Source: an uncultured bacterium (GTDB lineage: Bacteria; Armatimonadota; HRBIN16). Taken from it: a stretch of DNA of 64,000 nucleotides. Below the pieces are notes generated by a model, which made no database searches, was not told the origin of the DNA, and saw only the letters and a program-made list of their open reading frames with translations. Of the stretch, positions 17,883 to 27,181 are shown one piece after another; the first letter of the stretch is position 1, and every line of letters begins with the position of its first letter. The position numbers were made by a program, and so were the translations under genes. The stretch lies in the NCBI GenBank assembly GCA_964650005.1, contig CAZYPZ010000002.1:138286-202285 (forward strand), given 5' to 3'.

Positions 17883-19319
17883 TCACTCGGTTGCTACCTG
17901 TTCGACCTTCACCCGGTCTCCGTCTGTGATGTTTTCCTGACCCTGCACCACCACCTGATCACCCGGTTTCACGCCGGTGACTTCGGCGGTCGTTCCGGCC
18001 ATGTAACCTACCGTGACCGGGATCTCTTTGGCGATTTTATTGCGGACGACGAACAGCGCTTGACCGGTGTCACGCGTCACCAACGCGTCTTTGGGCACGA
18101 TGGTCACGTTGCGGTGCACGTCCACCAGGATACGTCCTCTGGCGAACATCTCAGGTTTCAGCCTGCCGTGTCCGTTCTGCATGTTGATACGTACGGTGAA
18201 GTCACGGGATGCCTGATTTCCCACCGGATAGATCCGGCTGACGGTGCCTGTGAAGTGGGCATCCGGGTAGGCGTCCACGGTGATCTCCGCCTGTTGGCCG
18301 GGCTTGATCAAACGCACGTTCATCTCAGACACGCGGGCCTCCAGGTAGATGCGGTTCAGGTCTACGATCCGCATCACCGGTGCGCCGTCGCCCACGTTCT
18401 GCCCCGGCTCCGTCATGCGGGCTGCAACCACGCCGCTGACAGGCGCCTTTATGGTGGTATATTCCAGGTTCAGCTTGGCCAGATTCAGCTCGGTTTCCGC
18501 TGCAGCCAAGGCCGCTCGGGCCTCGTTCACATCCTGCTGACGCACGGCGCGCTGAACCCGGTTGGCTTCCGCCAGCTTGAGTCCCTCTTCCGCTTGCCGC
18601 AAAGTGGCTCGGGCGGAGTCGATCTCCTCGCTTCGCGGGCCTTCTTTGACCAGGCTGAGGTTCTGTCTGGCCTGTGACAGTTGTGCTTGCGCCACTTCAA
18701 ACGCGGTTTCGGCGGCTTCCAACGCCTGCTTGCCGACGGCGTCACGAGCGTACAGACTGCGTGTACGGTCCAGATTGGCCTTCGCGTTCTTCAGGTTTGC
18801 CTCCGCCGTGACCACGGACTCTTGGGCTAGTTGGCGCTCTTGCGGGCGGGCTCCCGTTTCCAGGGCCCGGAGACGCGCTCGGGCTGCATCCAGGGTTGCG
18901 GTCGCGGTACGGATATTCACGTTGGTCGTGGTGGGTTCCAGCTCCAGGCTGGTCAAGGCTTTCTGGTAGCGGGCGCGCGCCATGGCGACCGAGCTGACGG
19001 CCTGTTGGTACCGCAACTGGGCATCATTGGATTCTTGGCGCACCAGCACTTGTCCGGCAACGACCCGGTCACCTTCGCGAACGGTAACCTGCTCGACGCG
19101 TCCTCCGCGCTTGGCCGGAACCAACACATCCACTTCGGATTGCAACGGACCGGTGATGGTGATGGCCAGTGGCATGTCACCCCGTTCAGCCGTGGCGACC
19201 GCTACCGCGATGTCGGATCCGCCCTTTGCTTCTTCCTTCTTTTTGGCCGCGCAGCCACTCAGCACCAAAACCGTGCCGGCCAGCAGGGCAAGACCATATA
19301 TGGGAAACAACCGCTTCAA
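17883..19319 (-). CDS. RND membrane-fusion (periplasmic adaptor) lipoprotein
   Basis: Lipobox VLSGC; VREGDRVVAGQVL; long coiled coil; TIKAPVSGVV; LKPEMF. Confidence 0.9.
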   Translation of the reverse strand: MKRLFPIYGLALLAGTVLVLSGCAAKKKEEAKGGSDIAVAVATAERGDMPLAITITGPLQSEVDVLVPAKRGGRVEQVTVREGDRVVAGQVLVRQESNDAQLRYQQAVSSVAMARARYQKALTSLELEPTTTNVNIRTATATLDAARARLRALETGARPQERQLAQESVVTAEANLKNAKANLDRTRSLYARDAVGKQALEAAETAFEVAQAQLSQARQNLSLVKEGPRSEEIDSARATLRQAEEGLKLAEANRVQRAVRQQDVNEARAALAAAETELNLAKLNLEYTTIKAPVSGVVAARMTEPGQNVGDGAPVMRIVDLNRIYLEARVSEMNVRLIKPGQQAEITVDAYPDAHFTGTVSRIYPVGNQASRDFTVRINMQNGHGRLKPEMFARGRILVDVHRNVTIVPKDALVTRDTGQALFVVRNKIAKEIPVTVGYMAGTTAEVTGVKPGDQVVVQGQENITDGDRVKVEQVATE

Positions 19320-19354
19320 GGTCTGTTCTCCTTCATAATCCAGTTACGGGTCGA

Positions 19355-20671
19355 TCACTTCGGGTCGGCGAATTCGCCGATCGCCTTCAAAATCCGGGCA
19401 TTGGCAACACGCAGGTCGAATCGGGCGTTCACCAGGTTCTGTTGAGCTTGCGTATACGCCAGTTCGGCGTCACTGAGTTCGATCTGGTTGGTCACGCCCT
19501 CTTCATATCGCACCCGGGAGACACGCAACGCTTCGGTGGCCTGCTCCAATCCCTTGGTGGCAGCCTTTACCTTTTGTTGTGCCTCTTCGGCCATCAACGT
19601 GGCCTGCTTGAGTTCCAGCGCAACGCCTTGTCGGGCGTCTTCCTGCGAGATCAACGAGGACTCACGATCATGCCGCGCCTGTTCGATTCTTGCCTGTGTC
19701 TGCCCGCTGTCCCAAATAGGCACATTGACCACGGCAGTGGCAGACAGCACGACCGACTCGCTGTTGAACATGGTCTTTTTCAGGTTGAACTGTGAATTCA
19801 ACGTGACGCCCAATGTGGGCATCAGCGCCCTTCGGGCGGCAAACAACCCGCGGTCCGACAGCTCGATGCCCAACGCAGCCATCCGGATCTCCGGACGCCG
19901 CGTCACGGCGGTGCTCAGCCAGCTTTCATAGTTGCCATCCAGAGCGGTGGCTTCGGCGTCCGGCACAATCTCGACCGGTTCGTTGATGTCACGTCCCAGC
20001 ACCAGATTGAACGCCGATTTGGCCAGCTGGACGCCATTTTCCGCAGAGATGCGCATCTGTTCTGCCGCGGCGACCGCCGCTTCGGCGCGCGAGATGTCCA
20101 GTTTTGGCGACGATCCGGCGTCAACCAGCGCGCGGGCGGTTTTCAACCGTTGTTCGGCATTTGCCACCGCTTCGGTGGCCACCTTCAACCCTTCCTGAGC
20201 GCGCAGGATGTTGTAGAACGCCTCCCGGACCTGCAGGTTGACGTCATTGCGGATCATGCGCACTTTCTGTCGGGTGACTTCAGACCCCAGCTTGGCCATC
20301 TGTACGCCGTTACGGATCAAACCGGTGATGTCGATCGGTTGGGTCAGAGTGGCATTGGCCCCGTAGTCATCCGCGTCCCCCAGCTTGATGGTTTGGCCGC
20401 CAATAGACGTGGTGGGCTCTTTGGCCAGACGGGTGTACTTGGCTTGTGCTCCCACGGTGGGCAGCAGGCTGCTCTGCGCCTCTTTCACCGCAGCGCGCGA
20501 CTTCAGGTCCTCCTGAAGCACCGCGCGCAGTTCGCGGTTATGCTGCAGAGCGGTTTCAATGGATTGGTCAAGTGTCAGTCGCTGAGTTTCGGCGGCAGTC
20601 TGCTGTGACAGCGCGGCCATACCCACTAGACATGTTGCCGATGCAACCAGGCACGTTAGCCTGTTCCTCAA
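19355..20671 (-). CDS. TolC-family outer-membrane efflux protein
   Basis: Signal peptide; LTLDQSIETALQHN, VREAFYNIL, RVRYEEGVTNQIEL. TTG start overlaps the TetR stop. Confidence 0.9.
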   Translation of the reverse strand: MRNRLTCLVASATCLVGMAALSQQTAAETQRLTLDQSIETALQHNRELRAVLQEDLKSRAAVKEAQSSLLPTVGAQAKYTRLAKEPTTSIGGQTIKLGDADDYGANATLTQPIDITGLIRNGVQMAKLGSEVTRQKVRMIRNDVNLQVREAFYNILRAQEGLKVATEAVANAEQRLKTARALVDAGSSPKLDISRAEAAVAAAEQMRISAENGVQLAKSAFNLVLGRDINEPVEIVPDAEATALDGNYESWLSTAVTRRPEIRMAALGIELSDRGLFAARRALMPTLGVTLNSQFNLKKTMFNSESVVLSATAVVNVPIWDSGQTQARIEQARHDRESSLISQEDARQGVALELKQATLMAEEAQQKVKAATKGLEQATEALRVSRVRYEEGVTNQIELSDAELAYTQAQQNLVNARFDLRVANARILKAIGEFADPK

Positions 20672-21438
20672 AGCCCTTTTCCTCCTTCTTTTGGGTCAAC
20701 CATTTCAGCACCGCTCCGCATAAACGGGTGCTGGGTCATTATCAACTCATGAGCCGGCCCGTGCGTTTCTTCCAGCTCGGTTCGCAGTCGGGTAATTTCA
20801 GCCAGGATGGGTGCGGAGTGCTCCGGTGCAACCACACCCAACAGTAAGATACGCACACCGATCTCAAGGTAGTGCGTACGCCAGACTCGCCACTCATCGG
20901 AAGGCGCCGTGCCCCAGATGTATATGAGTGAGAACGTCAATCCCAGCAGCGCTCCGGCGAACCAGAAGCAATCCACCTCTTCGCGGATCTGTCCATCCTT
21001 ACGGTACCGTTCCAGGAACTCGGCGAATGACCGCGTGTTGGTATGCACTGTTTGCCGGAAGATCCGTGCGCAGGCGGGGTTCCGGTGAAAATCGTGCATC
21101 AGCATCGGTCCGGCTTTGACGCTGGTCTCATGCAGCTCCAGAAACGCCTTCAACACGGCGTAGACCGCTTCCTGCAAAGTAGGCGGCGCGTTTTCTTGCA
21201 TGATGCGCTGGATCGTCAACGAGAAGCTGTACTCTTTGAGCACATCCTCAAAAAGCGCCTCTTTGTTGTCGAAGTAGTGATAGACCAGACCTTCAGTAAC
21301 ACCCGCTTCGCGGGCGATAGCCCGAATAGAGGCGCCCGAAAAGCCTTCTCGGCTGAACACTGTGCGCGCCGCCGACAGCAGCTGCTGACGGCGATGTTCC
21401 GCACGTGTCTTCCGTTTAGGGGTGAGCATTTTGTCCAT
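20668..21438 (-). CDS. TetR/AcrR-family transcriptional regulator
   Basis: RRQQLLSAARTVFSREGFSGASIRAIAREAGVTEGLVYHYFDNKEALF helix-turn-helix. Confidence 0.92.
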   Translation of the reverse strand: MDKMLTPKRKTRAEHRRQQLLSAARTVFSREGFSGASIRAIAREAGVTEGLVYHYFDNKEALFEDVLKEYSFSLTIQRIMQENAPPTLQEAVYAVLKAFLELHETSVKAGPMLMHDFHRNPACARIFRQTVHTNTRSFAEFLERYRKDGQIREEVDCFWFAGALLGLTFSLIYIWGTAPSDEWRVWRTHYLEIGVRILLLGVVAPEHSAPILAEITRLRTELEETHGPAHELIMTQHPFMRSGAEMVDPKEGGKGL

Positions 21439-21442
21439 TGTT

Positions 21443-21471
21443 TAAACGAGCGTTTACTAAACGCTCGTTCA
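21443..21471. promoter_or_regulatory. Putative TetR operator (tandem palindromes) overlapping the efflux-operon transcription start
   Basis: AACGAGCGTTTA-c-TAAACGCTCGTT is a perfect 12-bp inverted repeat (21445-21469), a few bases upstream of the tetR ATG. A minus-strand TTGAGA-17-TACGGT promoter lies just upstream. Confidence 0.75.
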
Positions 21472-21564
21472 ATACCGTACCACATTTTGGAGGACGTCTC
21501 AAGGCACGGAAGGTTCACCATCGAGGGCCGTCGTAATACAAAGGCAGTACAGGAGGTGCCGGTC

Positions 21565-22341
21565 ATGCGGTTTGGAGTGTGCGCCCCATTGGATTGGGCC
21601 CATGAGATACAGTCCGCCGGATTTCACTACATCGAACTCGCGGCCAATGCCCTGCTGATCCCTGAGTCACCGGAAACCGATTGGCTGCCTTTGGCGACGG
21701 CGATGGAATCCTGTCCGCTTCCGGTGGAGGCGATGAACTGCTTTGTCTCGGGCCCCCAGATCACCGGACCGGATGCAGATCCGGAACGACTGTTACGTTA
21801 TGTGGACACGGCCCTGACACGCGCGGCCCGAGTGGGGGTACAGGTGATGGTGTTTGGCAGCGGCGGCGCGCGCCGCATTCCGGACGGCTTTCCTCAGTCG
21901 GACGCGGAGCGCCAGCTGATCGATTTTCTGCATATGTGCGCCGATGCCTGTGACCGAACGGGTGTGGTGACAGCGATAGAACCATTGCGGCGCGCCGAGA
22001 GCAACGTGCTGAACTCCGTTGTCGAAGCCGCCGCGATGGCGCGTGCGGTCGGACGCACGGGAGTACGTCTCCTGGCGGATACTTTCCATATGGAAGCCGA
22101 AGACGAGCCGCTGTCCGTTTTGGACGGCGTGGGTGACCTGTTGATGCATGTACACACGGCGGACACCGGTCGGAACTCCCCCGGGACAGGATCGTATGAT
22201 CATGTCGCGCTGTTCAGGGCACTGAGAGGGGCCGGGTACAATGCGCGCGTATCGGCGGAATGCGGATGGGGCGACCGCTCGGTAACGCTGCCGCTGGCTT
22301 TGCGGCATATGACTGAAGCATATGAGAGGAGTGCATCATGA
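21565..22341 (+). CDS. Sugar phosphate isomerase/epimerase (xylose-isomerase-like TIM barrel)
   Basis: AGGAGG RBS; GFHYIEL, VFGSGGAR, AIEPL, LADTFHM, HVHTAD. The N-terminal extension in the ORF track overlaps tetR and was discarded. Confidence 0.85.
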   Translation: MRFGVCAPLDWAHEIQSAGFHYIELAANALLIPESPETDWLPLATAMESCPLPVEAMNCFVSGPQITGPDADPERLLRYVDTALTRAARVGVQVMVFGSGGARRIPDGFPQSDAERQLIDFLHMCADACDRTGVVTAIEPLRRAESNVLNSVVEAAAMARAVGRTGVRLLADTFHMEAEDEPLSVLDGVGDLLMHVHTADTGRNSPGTGSYDHVALFRALRGAGYNARVSAECGWGDRSVTLPLALRHMTEAYERSAS

Positions 22342-23573
22342 CACATACCGAACTGGGAGCTATCGTGAGTCGTGCGGTGCGGGAGACGCCTATCACGGAT
22401 ATCCATACGCATCTTTATGACCCTGCGCTGGGTGGACTGCTGCTGTGGGGCATCGATGAAGCGTTGACTTATCACTATCTGGTAGCAGAAACGATGCGCT
22501 GGAGTCCCATCCCGGCGGCATCCTGGAATACGATGCCCCGGGAAGAGCGGGCCGATCATGTCTGGCGTACGCTGTTCTTGGAGCACTCGCCGGTGAGCGA
22601 GTCGACACGTGGGCTGCTGGAAACCCTCCAGCAGCTGGGGCTGGATGTCAGCAGCCGCGACTTGGCGGCATGGCGGCGATGGTTTGACGAACAGACCACC
22701 GAAGGGTTCGTGGACCGGGTCCTGGAGATTGCCAACGTACGCGACGTGGTGATGACCAACGATCCGTTCGATGCGCAGGAACGTTCGTACTGGATGGAAG
22801 GTTTCACGCGCGATCCCCGATTTCATGCGGCGCTGCGGCTGGATGGACTGCTTAACCAATGGCCTCATGCCGCTCCGCAGCTGGCCGCCTGGGGGTACGC
22901 CGTACAACCCGACTTCAGCGGAGAGACCGCGGCGGAAGTGCGCCGGTTTTTGAATGACTGGATCGAGCGGCTCGACGCGCTGTATATGGCCGTGTCGCTG
23001 CCGCCGTCGTTTGTGTTGCCTGAGGACTCTCCGCGCGGGCGGCTGTTTGCCGAGTGCGTGTTCCCGGTCGCAGCTCAGCGGCGCATCCCGATGGCGCTGA
23101 TGATCGGGGTGAAGAAGCTTACCAATCCGGACTTGGGGCTGGCGGGCGACTCGGTGGGGCACGCCAATATCGACGTGCTGGAATGGATCTGCCGGGATTA
23201 CCCGGATGTGAAGCTGCTGGTGACAATGCTTTCACGCGAGAACCAACATGAGCTGTGTGTGTGCGCTCGCAAGTTCAGCAATCTGCATGTGTTCGGATGC
23301 TGGTGGTTCCTGAACAGCGGACTGCTGGTCAGCGAGATCACCCGAATGCGTCTGGAGTGGTTAGGGCTCAGCATGACTCCTCAACACTCGGATGCGCGGG
23401 TACTCGATCAGGTGATCTACAAATGGCGCCGCTCACTGAAGGCGATCACCGAGCAGCTCACACTGGCCTATCAAGATCTGGCGGACACCGGTTGGCAACC
23501 CAGCGAAGCGGAGATTCGGCGCGACGTGGCCGGATTGCTGGGCGGCCAGTTCTGGGATTTTGTGAAACGCTGA
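22338..23573 (+). CDS. uxaC: Glucuronate isomerase (uronate isomerase, divergent Bacillus halodurans-like type)
   Basis: ITDIHTHLY, LTYHYLVAE, VVMTNDPFD, FGCWWF, PQHSDARVLDQ; ATGA overlap with the upstream gene. Confidence 0.85.
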   Translation: MTHTELGAIVSRAVRETPITDIHTHLYDPALGGLLLWGIDEALTYHYLVAETMRWSPIPAASWNTMPREERADHVWRTLFLEHSPVSESTRGLLETLQQLGLDVSSRDLAAWRRWFDEQTTEGFVDRVLEIANVRDVVMTNDPFDAQERSYWMEGFTRDPRFHAALRLDGLLNQWPHAAPQLAAWGYAVQPDFSGETAAEVRRFLNDWIERLDALYMAVSLPPSFVLPEDSPRGRLFAECVFPVAAQRRIPMALMIGVKKLTNPDLGLAGDSVGHANIDVLEWICRDYPDVKLLVTMLSRENQHELCVCARKFSNLHVFGCWWFLNSGLLVSEITRMRLEWLGLSMTPQHSDARVLDQVIYKWRRSLKAITEQLTLAYQDLADTGWQPSEAEIRRDVAGLLGGQFWDFVKR

Positions 23574-23579
23574 AGCGAC

Positions 23580-23617
23580 GTCCCGGGTCCGTGCATGCTG
23601 GACCCGGGACAGGTTTT
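23580..23617 (+). terminator. Probable intrinsic terminator after uxaC
   Basis: GTCCCGGGTCC-gtgcatgct-GGACCCGGGAC, 11-bp stem followed by AGGTTTT. Confidence 0.65.
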
Positions 23618-23628
23618 GAGTTGCTCGA

Positions 23629-24528
23629 TCAGACTTTCCGGAACACGGGCTGCGTCCATCCACGGGAACCGTCAGGCAGGGTGATCCGAGCACGCATGTA
23701 CCGCGCGTTACGCGGGCAGCGCGCTTTAGCCGAGTGCCCTCGTGTTTCCTGGACGATCTGACCGTCGGAAATGAACTGGATCAGTGCATCGTGTGCCTGC
23801 GGTCCTCCGACTGTCAGCGACATGGTGAGTCCACTGGCTCGAAATTGCGACAGAGTGACCCCGGTACTGGCGTAAAAACGACCGGCTTGAAGCGCCCGCA
23901 AGATAGCCGATGGGGTTCGTGCAGAAGCATCGACCACCACCCATCCCTGGCCGGGGGCGTCCGGTGTTCCCCGCTTGTCGGGATCATAGTTATGCGTATC
24001 ATCGACCGCGGTGGCGTACCAGCGCTGTCCGGCCATCAGCAGTCGGTCCCAGGTGGTCTCCACGGAGACATGATGCTCGTCGCCCTCATCCTGGCAGCCG
24101 GAGGATGTGTTGATGATCTCCAGGAAGTGACAGTCACGCAGAGGCATCAGGTCGTCAGCACTTAACGCCCAGTGCCAGTTCGGATGGTTGACCTGCGCCA
24201 CGCCGCCTTCCTGAACGATGGTGTCGATGACCGCCTGCAGTGTTTCGGTGACACCGGCCAGCGCCTGCATACTCAGCTGCTTTTCGACGCCCCAGGCGCA
24301 TACATGCAGCGGGCGTCCCTGGGCGTTCAGCGCGTGAGTGCCCAGTTCGATGCCGGGGATCATGACCAGCCCATGTGACCGTGCCGGGCTCACAGAAGTG
24401 TAGGTTTTGTGATCGGTTATCGCCAGGAATTCATATCCCAGCGACCTGTAGATCGCACATGCCTCCTCAGGCGGCCGGTTGCCGTCGCTTCCGGTTGTAT
24501 GGGTATGCAGATTGCCGCGCAGCCACAT
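23629..24528 (-). CDS. PHP-domain metallohydrolase (CehA/McbA family), second paralog
   Basis: MWLRGNLHTHTTGSDG, LAITDH, QVNHPNW, AVDDTH; GGAGGTG RBS. Confidence 0.82.
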   Translation of the reverse strand: MWLRGNLHTHTTGSDGNRPPEEACAIYRSLGYEFLAITDHKTYTSVSPARSHGLVMIPGIELGTHALNAQGRPLHVCAWGVEKQLSMQALAGVTETLQAVIDTIVQEGGVAQVNHPNWHWALSADDLMPLRDCHFLEIINTSSGCQDEGDEHHVSVETTWDRLLMAGQRWYATAVDDTHNYDPDKRGTPDAPGQGWVVVDASARTPSAILRALQAGRFYASTGVTLSQFRASGLTMSLTVGGPQAHDALIQFISDGQIVQETRGHSAKARCPRNARYMRARITLPDGSRGWTQPVFRKV

Positions 24529-24736
24529 AAAGACACCTCCCGACGTCGGCACTTTACACACATGATACACCGTCGTTCGAAAGTGCCGGCATTGTTATCC
24601 GATGTCCGAGGTGCTGGATTGCTCTCCGCGCAAGGGGCAATTCAACCGGTGGCATCGACTGCGCAACCGCAGCATATGGATAATCGAAGATGGATGCCCG
24701 TCTTCGGGGGCGCCGGATCAAAGGAGAGAGCGGTAC

Positions 24737-25375
24737 GTGAATACACCACACGAAGCGATCTGCGGGTTTAGCGAGGATAAGAACCTGCAGCGACTGCTGA
24801 CGTTTACCCTGGAACTGGACCAGTTGAAAGGCGTGCTGAGGCGCAGTCTGGTGCTGGAAGGGGCGCGGCGTGAGAACAGCGCGGAGCATTCCTGGCATCT
24901 GGCGTTGATGGCGCTGCTGTTCGCCGATCTGGCCCCCGCCGGTGTGGATGTGCTGCATTCAATGCAGATGGCGCTGGTTCACGACATCGTGGAGATCGAC
25001 GCCGGAGACACGCTGGTGTATGACGCCGTGGGCAACCGGGACAAGCTCGACCGGGAACGCGCCGCTGCGGATCGGCTGTATGGCCTGCTGCCCGAACCGG
25101 TCGGAACGCGTCTGAGGGCGCTGTGGGAAGAGTTCGAGGCGGGAGACACCGCCGAGGCGCGTTATGTCAGAGCGCTGGATCGATTGCAGCCGATGTTGTT
25201 GAACTGGGCGTCGCAGGGCGACTCATGGCGCACCCATGCGATCACCGCCGATCGCGTACGCGCCTTGAACCTTCCGGTGTTTGACGCAGGCGCGCCTGCC
25301 CTGCGCGCAGTCGCCGAACGCCTCATCGATGACGCGGTATCGCGAGGATATCTGAAAGAACCGGAAGAAACCTGA
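24737..25375 (+). CDS. HD-domain protein (5'-deoxynucleotidase YfbR/YGK1-like)
   Basis: RRENSAEHSWHLA, LVHDIVEIDAGD, LWEEFEAG, ALDRLQP; GTG start after AAGGAG. Confidence 0.85.
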   Translation: MNTPHEAICGFSEDKNLQRLLTFTLELDQLKGVLRRSLVLEGARRENSAEHSWHLALMALLFADLAPAGVDVLHSMQMALVHDIVEIDAGDTLVYDAVGNRDKLDRERAAADRLYGLLPEPVGTRLRALWEEFEAGDTAEARYVRALDRLQPMLLNWASQGDSWRTHAITADRVRALNLPVFDAGAPALRAVAERLIDDAVSRGYLKEPEET

Positions 25376-25414
25376 ACGGCCAGCCCGCCGGTCGCGTTTG
25401 GATGCCCCTCCGGT

Positions 25415-26146
25415 TTATATCCGAGTGGTTCGGTTATAGCCGGTGTAACTGTGGAACACCGCGCTCAGCAGGGCGTGCACGGCGGGTAATTCCAGCGCCA
25501 GCACATGGTCCAGCCAGGCGCTTGCCTGATCGGTCAGGCGCATCAGTTCGTACTCATGCAGAAGCGCCCGACGGTGTGGTTCCGAATTCCAGGTCAACCT
25601 GCGCGCATATTCCAGGTACCCGGCCACCGCGAGCAGTTCGCTGGGAGGGATCTCTTCCAATGAGCGCGGACCTCGCAGACGAACAATGATCTCCGGTTGG
25701 GTCGGAAGTCGGACGATGTGCTGCAGCAGATCGGATGTACCCCATTCATCGACCACGAGGCACCGGCGGGTGTTGAGCGCATGCTGCAATCCTTCTGTCA
25801 GCAACGCCTGCAGCCGGCTGCCCAGTTTATGCAGCCCGCATCCGCGCAGATACACATCGAACAGATGGCGCACCGTCATCGGCGCTTCGTCTTCCATGAT
25901 GCTGAGCAGACCGTGCGCCAATCGACAAGGCCCCGCGTGGGATTTCAGCGGAGAGGGGCCGGCACACGCGGCATACTCGCGATAGACCCGCATGCGCCAC
26001 TCCTGTGCAAACTCTGCAGGCCCCGGAATGGGTCCGACGACCATGTCCGGATCGATCAATTCATCCGTATCGAATATACTCAGCTGATGAATATTGGATT
26101 GTGACGAGTTGTTACGCTTGGGCGCCATTGCAGATGTCTCGGGCAC
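25415..26146 (-). CDS. Hypothetical protein resembling the C-terminal winged-helix (DUF3320-like) region of DUF4011/SF1 helicase fusions
   Basis: EAPMT..LF..YLRGCGLHKLGSRLQALL...RSLEEIPPSEL...RLT motif pattern; N-terminal QLSIF. Confidence 0.5.
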   Translation of the reverse strand: MPETSAMAPKRNNSSQSNIHQLSIFDTDELIDPDMVVGPIPGPAEFAQEWRMRVYREYAACAGPSPLKSHAGPCRLAHGLLSIMEDEAPMTVRHLFDVYLRGCGLHKLGSRLQALLTEGLQHALNTRRCLVVDEWGTSDLLQHIVRLPTQPEIIVRLRGPRSLEEIPPSELLAVAGYLEYARRLTWNSEPHRRALLHEYELMRLTDQASAWLDHVLALELPAVHALLSAVFHSYTGYNRTTRI

Positions 26147-26236
26147 GGTGTATTGTCTCTATTGTGACAGACAGGTTCGCATGCGTCCAGAACGACTGAC
26201 GGTGTCCCGTGAACAGGGCGAACAGGAGGCGGCACT

Positions 26237-27160
26237 ATGCGCAGACCCACCATGCCACACGACCAGAGTGGCAGACCCATGCCCGTCAAGCCGGTGATTC
26301 AACGCAGCGTATCGGCCCGTGTAGCCGTTGCCCAGATCTGGCAACCCGGTCCCGGCGATTCACGCAGTGCTGTCGACCTGATGCAACCGGCGCTGGATGA
26401 GCTGAAAACGCTTCAGCCCGATTTGGTGGTGTTCCCCGAATATCACCTGGGCTGGGTGCGTTTGGGCGATGGCGCCTTCGCGCAAGCCCAGGAACTCGCC
26501 CGTCGGTATGACACCAATCTGGCGGTTGGTGCATTGGAGATGTTGCCGGGGTACGATCCTGCGCGGCCCTGTTTTGACCAGCCGGGCAAATATGCCAACA
26601 GCACGTTTCTTTTTGACCGCCGCGGACATCTTGTGTGCAACTATCACAAGGTGCATCCCGCTGTGGGCGCTTCATCCCCGTACAACTGGCCGCCTGATGC
26701 ACAAGATCTGGAGTATACCATGCGGTGTGGCGCCGTGTTTCCGGTAGTCGACCTGGATGTTGCCAGGGTGGGCCTGATGACCTGTTATGACGGCTATTTT
26801 CTGCCTGTGTTCGACATACTGAGTCTGAAGGGCGCCGAGATCATCATCTGGTGCAATGGCCGGGGGGATATCGAAGATTATATCGTCCGAACTGCCAGCC
26901 ACCTCACCTGTACAGCGATTGTGGCTTCCAATCACAGCCACGGTGTCGGAGCGGCCATCTGTGACTTCCCGGGGCGGATGCTGGCGCGTTCTACGGAAGC
27001 CAGAGACCAGGTGCTGTGCGCCGAGATCGATCTGAAACAGTTGCGCCGTCATCGCAGGCATCTGCGTATGTTCCACCAGCGACGGCCGGAGCTGTACCGC
27101 GACGTCTCCCGGCCCTGGCGCCCGCAACTGAACTATCCGCAGATACCCATGGATGAGTGA
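26237..27160 (+). CDS. Carbon-nitrogen hydrolase (nitrilase superfamily)
   Basis: Catalytic triad contexts VVFPEY, YHKVHP, MTCYDG; AGGAGG RBS. Confidence 0.88.
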   Translation: MRRPTMPHDQSGRPMPVKPVIQRSVSARVAVAQIWQPGPGDSRSAVDLMQPALDELKTLQPDLVVFPEYHLGWVRLGDGAFAQAQELARRYDTNLAVGALEMLPGYDPARPCFDQPGKYANSTFLFDRRGHLVCNYHKVHPAVGASSPYNWPPDAQDLEYTMRCGAVFPVVDLDVARVGLMTCYDGYFLPVFDILSLKGAEIIIWCNGRGDIEDYIVRTASHLTCTAIVASNHSHGVGAAICDFPGRMLARSTEARDQVLCAEIDLKQLRRHRRHLRMFHQRRPELYRDVSRPWRPQLNYPQIPMDE

Positions 27161-27181
27161 TCCGCCTGCAAACGGGCGGAT

